Shown: piece by piece, positions 30,614 to 39,937 of the stretch
Position numbering within the stretch: position 1 is the first letter of the stretch
How the letters are laid out: each line of letters starts with the position of its first letter
Assembly: GCA_944383165.1 (NCBI GenBank)
Contig: CALWON010000005.1
Location: forward strand, 47-64,046
Direction of reading: 5' to 3'
Length of the DNA: 64,000 bases
Source of the DNA: an uncultured Oscillospiraceae bacterium
GTDB lineage: Bacteria > Bacillota > Clostridia > Oscillospirales > Oscillospiraceae
Position numbers and translations under genes: made by a program
The notes under the pieces: generated by a model
Told to the model about the DNA's origin: nothing
Databases searched by the model: none
Seen by the model: the letters and a program-made list of their open reading frames with translations, nothing else

Positions 30614-31504
30614 ATGGAATTGAGAGTTTTACAATATTTTCTTGCAGTAGCAAGAGAACAAAGTATTTCAGCGGCTGCCCAGTCTCTGCACCTCACACAA
30701 CCCACCCTCTCCAGACAACTCAAGGAACTGGAATTGGAACTGGGCAAAACTCTGTTCATTCGAGGTAGCCGAAAAGTAACACTGACGGAGGATGGTATGC
30801 TGCTGCGGAAGCGTGCCGAAGAAATTTTGGATTTGGTAGGACGGACAGAAAAAGAGGTGAGACAATCAGATGAGATTCTGAGCGGTGATATTTATATTGG
30901 CACCGGGGAAACTGACGGTATACGCCAAATTGCCAAAGCTGCCCACCAGCTACAAACCCTCTATCCCAACATACAGTTTCATATTGTCAGTGGGGATGCA
31001 GTGGATGTGTGCGAACGCCTTGACAAAGGATTGCTGGACTTTGGCATCCTTTTAGGGGATATGGACAAGACAAAATATCACTATCTGGAACTGCCTATGA
31101 AAGATGTATGGGGCGTTTTGATGCAAAACAACAGTCCCCTGACCGAAAAAGACAGCATTACACCAGAAGACTTGTGGGACAAGCCATTGATTCTATCCAG
31201 ACAGGTTGAGAACAAAAGCGGTTTATATCGCTGGTTGCGCAAGAAGCCATCTGAACTACATACTGTTGCCACCTATAACCTGATTTACAATGCCTCTCTT
31301 ATGGTGGATGAGGGGATGGGGTATGCGTTCACTTTGGACAAATTGGTGAATACAATGGGAAGTACCCTGTGTTTTCGTCCATTAAAACCCCATTTGGAAT
31401 TGGGTATGTATTTGGTCTGGAAAAAATATCAGATTTTTTCCAGACCTGCGGAGCGATTTTTAACCTATCTCAACGACTTTTTCTCTATGGAGGAAATAAT
31501 ATAA
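30614..31504 (+). CDS. LysR-family transcriptional regulator
   Basis: MELRVLQYFLAVAREQSISAAAQSLHLTQPTLSRQLKELE HTH; substrate-binding domain. Confidence 0.95.
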   Translation: MELRVLQYFLAVAREQSISAAAQSLHLTQPTLSRQLKELELELGKTLFIRGSRKVTLTEDGMLLRKRAEEILDLVGRTEKEVRQSDEILSGDIYIGTGETDGIRQIAKAAHQLQTLYPNIQFHIVSGDAVDVCERLDKGLLDFGILLGDMDKTKYHYLELPMKDVWGVLMQNNSPLTEKDSITPEDLWDKPLILSRQVENKSGLYRWLRKKPSELHTVATYNLIYNASLMVDEGMGYAFTLDKLVNTMGSTLCFRPLKPHLELGMYLVWKKYQIFSRPAERFLTYLNDFFSMEEII

Positions 31505-31528
31505 AACAGAATATATTATCCATACACG

Positions 31529-31571
31529 CAAAAAACCACACAACCGGCGTAAATGCCAGTTATGTGGTTTT
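31529..31571. terminator. Bidirectional terminator between lysR and yesL-like
   Basis: aaaaaaccaca ... tgtggtttt inverted repeat between convergent genes. Confidence 0.65.
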
Positions 31572-31604
31572 TCTTTACTGCTAATTATATTTTTGGGTAT
31601 CATT

Positions 31605-32225
31605 TTAAAGATAAATTCGCACCAAAAATTGTGCCAGCAGTGCAGGAAAGACCAATCCACCTAACAGAAAATAGGGAATTGTGATAGGCAAAAAACCAAT
31701 GGCAATCACTGTGAGCACAGTACTCACGATAGTGGCAGGAATGGAGCGCGCCAGCCTGCCACAGCCCAACACAATACTCTGGCGAACTGCCTGAGACAGT
31801 TTGTTGGAAACAGCCAACGGATAGAGAAAGGCACCTGCCAGTGTGGACACAATCAAAACAACAATACTAAACACACACATCACAAAAGCAATCGGCTGTG
31901 TGAGCACATAACCAGCATAGAAATAACTGGCACAGCCTGCGATCACCGGAATCAGCACTGCCACAAAAAAGACCCCATAGGAACGCCAGAAATACTGTTT
32001 GAATGCGCCCCAGTAGGTCTGCTCTGTGCAGTTTGTAAGACAATGACGGATGGAAACATGCATTGCCATCAGAGCAGGCGGAATGGTAATAATGGGTAAC
32101 ATACATAAGACAGTCAGTAAATTCACCTGAAAAAGATGAATGCAATCTGTAGTGAGAATCTCATTCAGACGACGCAGTCCACTGGTATTCTCCTGATGGT
32201 CAAATGAAAGCTTAAACATAAACAC
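31605..32225 (-). CDS. YesL/DUF624-family membrane protein
   Basis: VNLLTVLCMLPIITIPPALMAM motif; four to five TMs; in a sugar ABC locus. Confidence 0.75.
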   Translation of the reverse strand: MFMFKLSFDHQENTSGLRRLNEILTTDCIHLFQVNLLTVLCMLPIITIPPALMAMHVSIRHCLTNCTEQTYWGAFKQYFWRSYGVFFVAVLIPVIAGCASYFYAGYVLTQPIAFVMCVFSIVVLIVSTLAGAFLYPLAVSNKLSQAVRQSIVLGCGRLARSIPATIVSTVLTVIAIGFLPITIPYFLLGGLVFPALLAQFLVRIYL

Positions 32226-32228
32226 TCC

Positions 32229-33110
32229 TTACTGAGCGGAACCATTTTGCCGTTCCTGCTCAATGGCAAGGGCATCCTCCTGTCGAAATGTTCTGGGAGG
32301 AATCCCATGTATCTTACGAAATACTTTTGAAAAATAGAGCTGATTGGGATAGCCAACCATATTGGCAATCTCTCCAATGCTCATATTGGTATTGCGCATC
32401 AGTTCGATTGCCTTGCTAATGCGATAATTCGCCAAATAGTCTTGGGGTGTCTTCCCAATGACTTCTTTGAACAGTCGACTAAAATAGGTTCGATTCAACC
32501 CACAGTAGGTAGCAATCTGTTCTACTCGGATTTCCGTCCGGTAATACTGCTCAATATAGTGGATTGCCTCATGGATATAAAAGCTCTGCTGAGACTGTCC
32601 TCTGACACGCTGTTTATAGGAAGAAGTTTCAATCAACGCATCTAAAAAGAGATAAAAATGCGCCATTAGGTGCAGGGAGGACTCCTGTGCATGATTGGAA
32701 ATGTAAAGCAGTTCATCCTGCACCTTTTGGGATGCCTCTTTTTGCAGAGGGATATACAGTGGCTGACTGTCATTCATCCCAGCCAGCCCCAGTCGATACT
32801 GTGCCTGGGCACCGGTAAACTCCACCCATGTATAAAACCACGGGTCATGCTCATCTGCACAGTAGGTCGTAACCTGTCCTGGGCAGATGAGAAAACCCTG
32901 TCCCCGTTCAATATCAAATCTTTTGTTGGTCTGGTCAGGCTGCAACACTTCCAAATAACCTTTTCCAGAAATGACATAGTGAAATAAATAGTTGTTTCGC
33001 ACATAGGGACCATAGGAATAGAGAGAGGCACATTGCTCCCAGCCATATTGAACCATAGAAAGGTCAACTAGATTTTCGTGCGGAAAAATGGAAAAAAAAT
33101 GCTGACTCAT
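32229..33110 (-). CDS. AraC-family regulator (MsmR/MelR-like)
   Basis: N-terminal cupin (YLFHYVISGKG, WFYTWVEFTG); C-terminal double HTH (YFSRLFK, VGYPNQLYFSKVFRK). Confidence 0.92.
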   Translation of the reverse strand: MSQHFFSIFPHENLVDLSMVQYGWEQCASLYSYGPYVRNNYLFHYVISGKGYLEVLQPDQTNKRFDIERGQGFLICPGQVTTYCADEHDPWFYTWVEFTGAQAQYRLGLAGMNDSQPLYIPLQKEASQKVQDELLYISNHAQESSLHLMAHFYLFLDALIETSSYKQRVRGQSQQSFYIHEAIHYIEQYYRTEIRVEQIATYCGLNRTYFSRLFKEVIGKTPQDYLANYRISKAIELMRNTNMSIGEIANMVGYPNQLYFSKVFRKIHGIPPRTFRQEDALAIEQERQNGSAQ

Positions 33111-33128
33111 ATGTGCCTCCCAAATACG

Positions 33129-35309
33129 TTATACTGCTTCGATTTCAAATTGTACAGCTCGGTATTCGTCCAGAATGGGCAGGGAAATGCCCACATGAAG
33201 CAGAACATCACCACCATATACTGTACCATTTACCTTATAATCACGATTTGGGTCCAGTCCCTTCATACGCAAAATACCACGGATGGGATTGGCATGACCA
33301 ACGCCTGTCACTACACTAGCCAATGCACGGGTCTGGTCTTCTGAAACGTGCATCCAGCCATAAAATGGGGCTTCTTCAAATGGATTGCCCAGACGGTAGT
33401 AGGTTCCCTTTGTCACAAGTTCCCAATTTTTCTTGAAATGTGCAATCTGCTGGGGTACTTCAGCCAGCTCTTCCTCAGACAGCTCGTTCAGGTCCAGCTC
33501 ATATCCAAAGGTACCCGCCTCTGCCACCACACCACGGGTATGAAGTGGCACACACCGTCTTGTCATACCGTTTGGCACGGCAGACACATGTGCCCCCATA
33601 GTGGAACATGGATAACAGAAGGAAGTTCCATACTGAATGCGCAGGCGTTCGATAGCATCAGTGTTATCACTGCACCAAATCTGTGGAGTATAGTGTAACA
33701 TACCACAGTCAAAACGTCCACCACCTCCGCTGCATCCTTCGATTAAAATGTGAGGAAATTCCTGATGCAGTGCTTCCAGAATTTCGTAAACCCCCAACAC
33801 ATATCTGTGATAGACTTCACCCTGTTGGTCGCTAGGCAGTGAAAGAGAAAATACATCGGTCAGGCTTCGGTTCATGTCCCATTTCACATAGGAGATATGG
33901 GCAGAAGAAAGGGTGTTGCGCAAATTGGTGAGAATATAGTCCCGTACTTCTTTTCGGCTGAGGTCCAAAACAAGTTGATGACGGCTTCTAGTGCCCTCTC
34001 GTCCAGGAATTTTAAATGCCCAATCTGGATGGAGGCGATATAACTTAGAATCTTCGTTGACCATTTCTGGCTCAACCCAAAGTCCAAACTTCATGCCCAG
34101 TGCCTCAATCCGCTCTGCAAGGGCAGAAAGCCCGCCAGGCAACTTTTTCTCATTTACATCCCAGTCACCAAGTCCACGGAAATCGTCGTTGCGCTCTCCA
34201 AACCATCCATCGTCCATAACCATCATTTCTACGCCCACTTTGGAGGCCTTCTCCGCAATGGATACAATCTTATCTGCATCAAATGCAAAGTAGGTGGCTT
34301 CCCAGTTGTTAATCAAAATGGGACGGCGGGCATCTTTCCACTGACCACGGCAGAGATTCAGACGAATTGCCTTATGGAAACGCTGGCTCAAGGTAGACAG
34401 ACCACTGTTGGAAAAGACCATCGCTGCTTCTGGTGCACAGAAGGTCTCCCCTGCTTTCAACTTCCAGGAGAAGTGGAATGGATGAATTCCCATAACAAAT
34501 CGGGTTTCATGGAACTGTGTATACTCTGTCTGAGCAAGGAAGTTGCCAGAATAGACCAGTGCAAAGCCCCAGCAATCACCACTATCTTCTGTGGTATCTG
34601 GTGAACAGAGAATGGTGAATGGGTTCTGTTGGTGGCTGGATGAGCCACGAATACTCTGTGCTGTGTGGATGCCCTGTGTCAGTGGCATTCTCACAGGCTC
34701 CCGCTCCCGTCCATAGGCTCCACCCAATGTAATAGTATGGAAGGTTCCAGATGGGAAATCAACACAGGTTGACATAACACGCTCCAACGAGACAGGGTTG
34801 GTCCCACTATTTGACACTTTGACTGCCCGTGTAATCAAATCACACTCTGCAAATACACCATACAGGAGTTCCACTGTCAAATTGGTACATGTATCTTTCA
34901 GAAGAACACGCAATGTTTCCCACTCACCACCATTGTCATAGAAGCTGGGCAGTCCATCTAATGTATATTTTCCATCTTCAATAGAGTGGCTCACATACCG
35001 TAAATCCACTGTATAGCTGCCATCCAGACTGGTTGCTTCAATGGAAGGAATCCGAAAATCACCCACACCGCTGGAGGAATACTCCTGAGGCTGAGTATCC
35101 AGTGAATAAGTACGATCCAATCCAGCTTCTGAGGGTTGAGGTGAAAATCCACGATCTTCCTGCAAAATCCAGTTGGAGAAGTCCCCACTCCGAACACGAG
35201 GACCATAGTAGGTATGCAGCAACACACCTTTGGAGTCAATTTTCATCTGGTAAGTGCTGTTTTTTGTGTGGATTGTGATGGTGTTATTTGTATTATTGTA
35301 ACAGATCAT
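33129..35309 (-). CDS. GH36 alpha-galactosidase
   Basis: RPILINNWEATYF, VMDDGWFG, FGLWVEPEMV, YVKWDMN, EGCSGGGGRFD, WCSDNTD. Confidence 0.95.
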   Translation of the reverse strand: MICYNNTNNTITIHTKNSTYQMKIDSKGVLLHTYYGPRVRSGDFSNWILQEDRGFSPQPSEAGLDRTYSLDTQPQEYSSSGVGDFRIPSIEATSLDGSYTVDLRYVSHSIEDGKYTLDGLPSFYDNGGEWETLRVLLKDTCTNLTVELLYGVFAECDLITRAVKVSNSGTNPVSLERVMSTCVDFPSGTFHTITLGGAYGREREPVRMPLTQGIHTAQSIRGSSSHQQNPFTILCSPDTTEDSGDCWGFALVYSGNFLAQTEYTQFHETRFVMGIHPFHFSWKLKAGETFCAPEAAMVFSNSGLSTLSQRFHKAIRLNLCRGQWKDARRPILINNWEATYFAFDADKIVSIAEKASKVGVEMMVMDDGWFGERNDDFRGLGDWDVNEKKLPGGLSALAERIEALGMKFGLWVEPEMVNEDSKLYRLHPDWAFKIPGREGTRSRHQLVLDLSRKEVRDYILTNLRNTLSSAHISYVKWDMNRSLTDVFSLSLPSDQQGEVYHRYVLGVYEILEALHQEFPHILIEGCSGGGGRFDCGMLHYTPQIWCSDNTDAIERLRIQYGTSFCYPCSTMGAHVSAVPNGMTRRCVPLHTRGVVAEAGTFGYELDLNELSEEELAEVPQQIAHFKKNWELVTKGTYYRLGNPFEEAPFYGWMHVSEDQTRALASVVTGVGHANPIRGILRMKGLDPNRDYKVNGTVYGGDVLLHVGISLPILDEYRAVQFEIEAV

Positions 35310-35385
35310 ATCAATGTCTTCCTTTTTATGGTAGTGTAGGGACAGGCAGCTCCTGCCACCTGTCCCCAAGAGGTTGAAGTCTATT

Positions 35386-36249
35386 TTATTTTCCGCCAGT
35401 CAGTGCAATTCCTTCAATAAACTGACGCTGGAAAATGAGATAGAGGACGAGCATGGGAACCATTGCAAACAGACTTCCAGCCATCAATACTGGATAGTTG
35501 GTCATAAACTGCCCTTTCAGAGTTGCAAGACCAGAGGACAATGTCATCATGTTGATATCAGTGTTGACCACCAGAGGCCACATCAGGTCTGCATAGGCAA
35601 AGACAGCAGTAAAGATTGTCAGTGCAGCAATGGAAGTACCAGTCAATGGCAACATCACTTTATAGAAGGTCTGCCACTGATTGCAGCCATCCAAATAGGC
35701 AGCCTCTCCAATTTCAGATGGAATACCCATATAGGCCTGCCGCAAGAAAAAGGTTCCAAAAGCAGAGACCAAGCCAGGGAAAATCAGTGCAAAATGGCTT
35801 TCTGTCAGACCAACTTTTGCCAACATTTCATACTGTGGGATGACAAAAATCTGAGAAGGCATCATCATCTGTATCAGAACCAGTGTGAACAGAACATTTT
35901 TCCCTTTAAATCTCAGTTTTGCAAAGGCATAGCCAGCCATAGAAGAAAATACAATGGCACAGATCACACGGAAAAACACCATAATTCCAGTGTTGATATA
36001 CAGTGCACCAAAGGGCAGACTGGTCAGTGCATCTTTGAAGTTATTGAAATAGTAGACCGCAGGAAAGAATGTGGGTGGAATCTGCATACTCTCACCAAGG
36101 GATTTCAGAGATGTGAGAATCATCCACAAAAATGGAAATACCATCAAAATAGAACCTGCAATCAGAAAGAAATAGGTAAGAACCGTGAACAAACGGCGAC
36201 TACCCTGCATAGATCCGGTGCGCATGGCTTGCACTCTTCCTTTCATCAA
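35386..36249 (-). CDS. Carbohydrate ABC transporter permease (MalG-like)
   Basis: EAA motif IGEAAYLDGC, AGYAFAKL, six TMs. Confidence 0.92.
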   Translation of the reverse strand: MMKGRVQAMRTGSMQGSRRLFTVLTYFFLIAGSILMVFPFLWMILTSLKSLGESMQIPPTFFPAVYYFNNFKDALTSLPFGALYINTGIMVFFRVICAIVFSSMAGYAFAKLRFKGKNVLFTLVLIQMMMPSQIFVIPQYEMLAKVGLTESHFALIFPGLVSAFGTFFLRQAYMGIPSEIGEAAYLDGCNQWQTFYKVMLPLTGTSIAALTIFTAVFAYADLMWPLVVNTDINMMTLSSGLATLKGQFMTNYPVLMAGSLFAMVPMLVLYLIFQRQFIEGIALTGGK

Positions 36250-37133
36250 ACGTCATAGTTAACCCATTTCTTCTGCCCAATAAACTGGACAATGGTTACA
36301 ATGCCAATGAGTAAAATGGTCCAAATGACAATGGCAGAAGCAAAGCCCTTATTGCCTGCCACAAAGGCCTCCCGATAGAAGAGATACATCAAACTCTGAA
36401 CATCGGGGATGACTGGATTGCTTTGATCAATCATCATATAGATCAAATCGTAGACCTTCAAGGATGCCATCATACGCATGATCAAAGTAACAAACAGTGT
36501 GGGGGAGATCATAGGCAGTGTGATGGAAAAGAATTGACGGATTGGACCAGCACCATCCAGATGTGCTGCCTCATAATAGCTTTTTGAAATATTCTGTAAG
36601 CCAGACAGAAGCAGAACTGCATCATAACCAATGGAACTCCAAATGGCAACAATGGCACAAGCTAAAATGGCTGTACTGGGATTGGTGAGCCAGTTGATAT
36701 TTACTCCCAAAATAGAGTTGATAATACCATATTCACCATTGAACATCCAACGCCATACCATTGCAATGGCGGCAGGTGCACAGACCATTGGCAGGAAATA
36801 GATGGCTCGGAATCCACCTTTAAAACGTACCTTTGCATTCAGAAGAATTGCAACCAGCAATGCCAGCACAATCCCCACAGGTACTGTTAAAATACAGAAA
36901 AGAATGGTATTCCAAGTGGCTTTCCAGAATTCAGGCATTTGGAACATATCAATATAATTCTGAATTCCATTAAACTCTACTGCTCCAAAGGTTTTTGTCT
37001 TTGAGAAACTGAGAAGGAATGTCTGGATTAAAGGATAGTAGTTTAGAATGAGCAGACCAATGATGGTAGGAGCCACCATAAGCCATGCCCACCGCTGCTC
37101 CTGTTTGGCAACCATGGTTTTTTGCTTTGACAT
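36246..37133 (-). CDS. Carbohydrate ABC transporter permease (MalF-like)
   Basis: YYEAAHLDGA, RAIYFLP, ITLPMISPT. Confidence 0.92.
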   Translation of the reverse strand: MSKQKTMVAKQEQRWAWLMVAPTIIGLLILNYYPLIQTFLLSFSKTKTFGAVEFNGIQNYIDMFQMPEFWKATWNTILFCILTVPVGIVLALLVAILLNAKVRFKGGFRAIYFLPMVCAPAAIAMVWRWMFNGEYGIINSILGVNINWLTNPSTAILACAIVAIWSSIGYDAVLLLSGLQNISKSYYEAAHLDGAGPIRQFFSITLPMISPTLFVTLIMRMMASLKVYDLIYMMIDQSNPVIPDVQSLMYLFYREAFVAGNKGFASAIVIWTILLIGIVTIVQFIGQKKWVNYDV

Positions 37134-37157
37134 AAGGAAAACTCCTTTTTAATTTGA

Positions 37158-38444
37158 TTAGCCGGCTGCGCCGTCTGCAATTGCAGTGTTGATAATGTTG
37201 TTGATGCTGGCAAGACCATCAGTAACAGTCAGCTCACCACTGTAAATCTTCAGCAGTTCATCGGTTACTTTGCTCTTCCATACAGGACGTGTGGCATCGT
37301 TGACAGACTGTACAGAGTAATCGAACATATCAATACATGCCTGAACATTCAGCTTATAATCGAACTGATCAAATGCGGCAACCCACTCATCCTCACAGCC
37401 CTCATAGCCGGAGATGGCTGCGCCATAAGAGGAGTGAATCTGCTGTGCCTCCTCAGTACCCAGCCACTTCAGGAAGTCCATCACAATGGCGTTGTCCTGG
37501 TTCTTTGCAGAGGTAGCATAGCACAGACCATTTGAAATGGTGGCACGCCCATCCCCAGAAACAGGATTGGGAGCTTTAGGAAGTACAGCGACATCCCACT
37601 TGCCCTGCATATCAGGATAGTTCTTCATCTCACTGAGGAGGTTCCATGTGCCCTCCAGGAACATAGCACCCTGCTCAGAGAAAAATGCGTTACCAGGAGC
37701 GGTTTCAGCAAAGTATTTCTGATCTGGGCACCAGTCATTGTCCTGCAAGCCAATGTAGAATTCCATTGCTTCAATGGTAGCGGGCTGGTCAAAACCGGCA
37801 GCTGTCTTATCTTCATTCAGGATATATCCACCATTCTGATACACAAAATTCCAGTAGCCAAGTTGGTCATCTGCATAGGCCATATAGCCATACTTTCCGG
37901 TTTTCTCATAAATCTGTGCAGAGGCAGCAGTCAGGTCATCCCAAGTCCATGTATCATCAGGATAGCTGACACCTGCTGCATCAAACATCTCCTTATTGTA
38001 CACAAGACACACAGTATCCTTGTCCTTTGGAATGCCATACATACGACCGTCTGAACCCATTGTATTGGCAATGGAAACCTCAGAATAGTGGGAGTAAGTA
38101 TCATCATCATAAATATCTGTCACATCTGCCAACATACCATTGTCTGCATAGGTGAGAATGTAGTTGGTATGCATCCAGAACACATCGGGAAGGTTGCCCG
38201 CACCAGCAGCAGCTTCCAGCTTGGTCCAATACTCGTCCCAGCTTGTAACCTGAACCTCAATGGTTACATCTGGATTTTTCTCATGATAGGCATCTGCAAG
38301 AGCCTGCATCGCATCACGCTGGGAATTATCCCAAATTTGCATGGTGAGATTGCCATCCGCTTTGTTGCCTCCGCCACAGGCAGCTAAACTCAATGTCATG
38401 CCAGCTGCCAGCAAGGCTGTTAAGGTACGTTTTACATTTTTCAT
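37158..38444 (-). CDS. Carbohydrate ABC transporter substrate-binding lipoprotein
   Basis: Lipobox LAACG, LPDVF, YNKEMFD, AMFLEGTW. Confidence 0.92.
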   Translation of the reverse strand: MKNVKRTLTALLAAGMTLSLAACGGGNKADGNLTMQIWDNSQRDAMQALADAYHEKNPDVTIEVQVTSWDEYWTKLEAAAGAGNLPDVFWMHTNYILTYADNGMLADVTDIYDDDTYSHYSEVSIANTMGSDGRMYGIPKDKDTVCLVYNKEMFDAAGVSYPDDTWTWDDLTAASAQIYEKTGKYGYMAYADDQLGYWNFVYQNGGYILNEDKTAAGFDQPATIEAMEFYIGLQDNDWCPDQKYFAETAPGNAFFSEQGAMFLEGTWNLLSEMKNYPDMQGKWDVAVLPKAPNPVSGDGRATISNGLCYATSAKNQDNAIVMDFLKWLGTEEAQQIHSSYGAAISGYEGCEDEWVAAFDQFDYKLNVQACIDMFDYSVQSVNDATRPVWKSKVTDELLKIYSGELTVTDGLASINNIINTAIADGAAG

Positions 38445-38772
38445 TGTAATACTCCTCTCTTCATCTCTACATGAACTTCCCAGAAAAACTCCATTATCTT
38501 GGCAGTTTTCCTAAGTTCTCCTGTATTACTCACCGATTGCTCGGCTTTTGTGAACTAAGTGTAACACTTATCTCTATAAAATGGAAATGGAACAAAGTCC
38601 TTAAAATATATACAAAAAAGACTATAGAATACAAAATGATAATATCAAACAACATAAAGATATATTTTGGCGTTGATTTACAAATTTCGTATTGTTGCAC
38701 AGAAAAAAATATGCAATTTGTAGCATACTACACAAGGTTTCAAGAAGTATTTTATTTTCATCAGATTATTTC

Positions 38773-38802
38773 TTGACAAAATGTTTTGATGGATTTTATA
38801 AT
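38773..38802 (+). promoter_or_regulatory. Sigma-A promoter of the kinase-phosphorylase operon
   Basis: TTGACA-18 bp-TATAAT. Confidence 0.7.
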
Positions 38803-38970
38803 CACAGGGACAATAAGCAATGAATATATCCTTATGTTTGATTGCATTATTTAAGACACTACCTGAAATAGTGGTAGAGAGATACCATTTTATCTGTCAT
38901 TATGTATCATAGATGATACATTTCAAAAAACAGACACAATGATATTACCATATAAAAAGGAGGATACTAT

Positions 38971-39924
38971 ATGAAAAACTATAAGGATTTATTACTAAAA
39001 CTAGAGAATGCCGTTTTTCCCGACTTCAGCAATCTAGAAAATATGATGCATGGAGATATGCCTGGTGACAAAATTTCCATCCAGTCATCCCACATTGAAA
39101 AGGCATCCCTTGTATTTCCCAAATTAGCCCAAAAACTCAGCACTGTCTTTGCACAAAACCCCCACTGCCGGGCTGTCATTTCTGTATGTGGTGGCAGCGG
39201 TGTTGGAAAAAGTGAAACAGCCAGTCTGTTGGGAGAAGCATTTCAGCGCAACGGCATTGGTGCCTATGTGTTGAGTGGTGATAACTATCCCCATAGAATC
39301 CCAGCCCAAAATGATGCAGAGCGTCTGCGCATTTTCCGTGTCAACGGAATCTCTGGACTGGTTGCAAATGGAATCTACAACACTGAGATCAAAGAAACCC
39401 TAAAACAGTTACAAGAACAGGATTTGGATGCAGCTCCCTCAGCATGTGACCAATATCCATGGCTTGCAGTTTATCAGAAAGAGGGGCGAAAGGCATTGTC
39501 CCGGTATTTGGGCAGTGCTGAGGAGCTGAATTTTGGAGAATTGAGCCATATCATCGCCAACTTTAAACAGGGCGCATCTCATCTCTATCTGAAACGTATG
39601 GGACGCACTCCCTTGGAGTTATGGTATGACGAAGTAGATGTTTCTGAAAAAAATCTGCTCATCATTGAGTGGACACATGGAAACAGTGACGGTTTCACTG
39701 GCGTAGACCTTCCTATTTTGTTAAACAGCACACCACAGGAAACATTAGAGCACAGAAGAAGCCGCAACCGTGATGGTGCAGTAGACAGCCCCTTTGTCAC
39801 CATGGTTTTGGAACTGGAACAGGGGCAATTACAGGCACAAGCTCACAAAGCTGCCTTCATCATTTCTAAAAGCGGTTCTCTGTTAAGCTATCAGGAATAT
39901 TGCCAAATGATGGCTCAGGCATAA
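38971..39924 (+). CDS. P-loop kinase of the nucleoside-kinase fold; probable sucrose kinase resembling the kinase domain of AgaSK
   Basis: Walker A GGSGVGKS, LSGDNYPHRIP, IIEWTHG, R-x-x-RNRD lid. Context is GH36 plus GH13_18. Confidence 0.65.
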   Translation: MKNYKDLLLKLENAVFPDFSNLENMMHGDMPGDKISIQSSHIEKASLVFPKLAQKLSTVFAQNPHCRAVISVCGGSGVGKSETASLLGEAFQRNGIGAYVLSGDNYPHRIPAQNDAERLRIFRVNGISGLVANGIYNTEIKETLKQLQEQDLDAAPSACDQYPWLAVYQKEGRKALSRYLGSAEELNFGELSHIIANFKQGASHLYLKRMGRTPLELWYDEVDVSEKNLLIIEWTHGNSDGFTGVDLPILLNSTPQETLEHRRSRNRDGAVDSPFVTMVLELEQGQLQAQAHKAAFIISKSGSLLSYQEYCQMMAQA

Positions 39925-39937
39925 GGAGGAACATCAA

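Noticed and set aside
35339-35367. GC-rich hairpin between the permease and GH36
   Set aside because: No U-tract and not repeated elsewhere; probably an ordinary mRNA-stabilising stem-loop.
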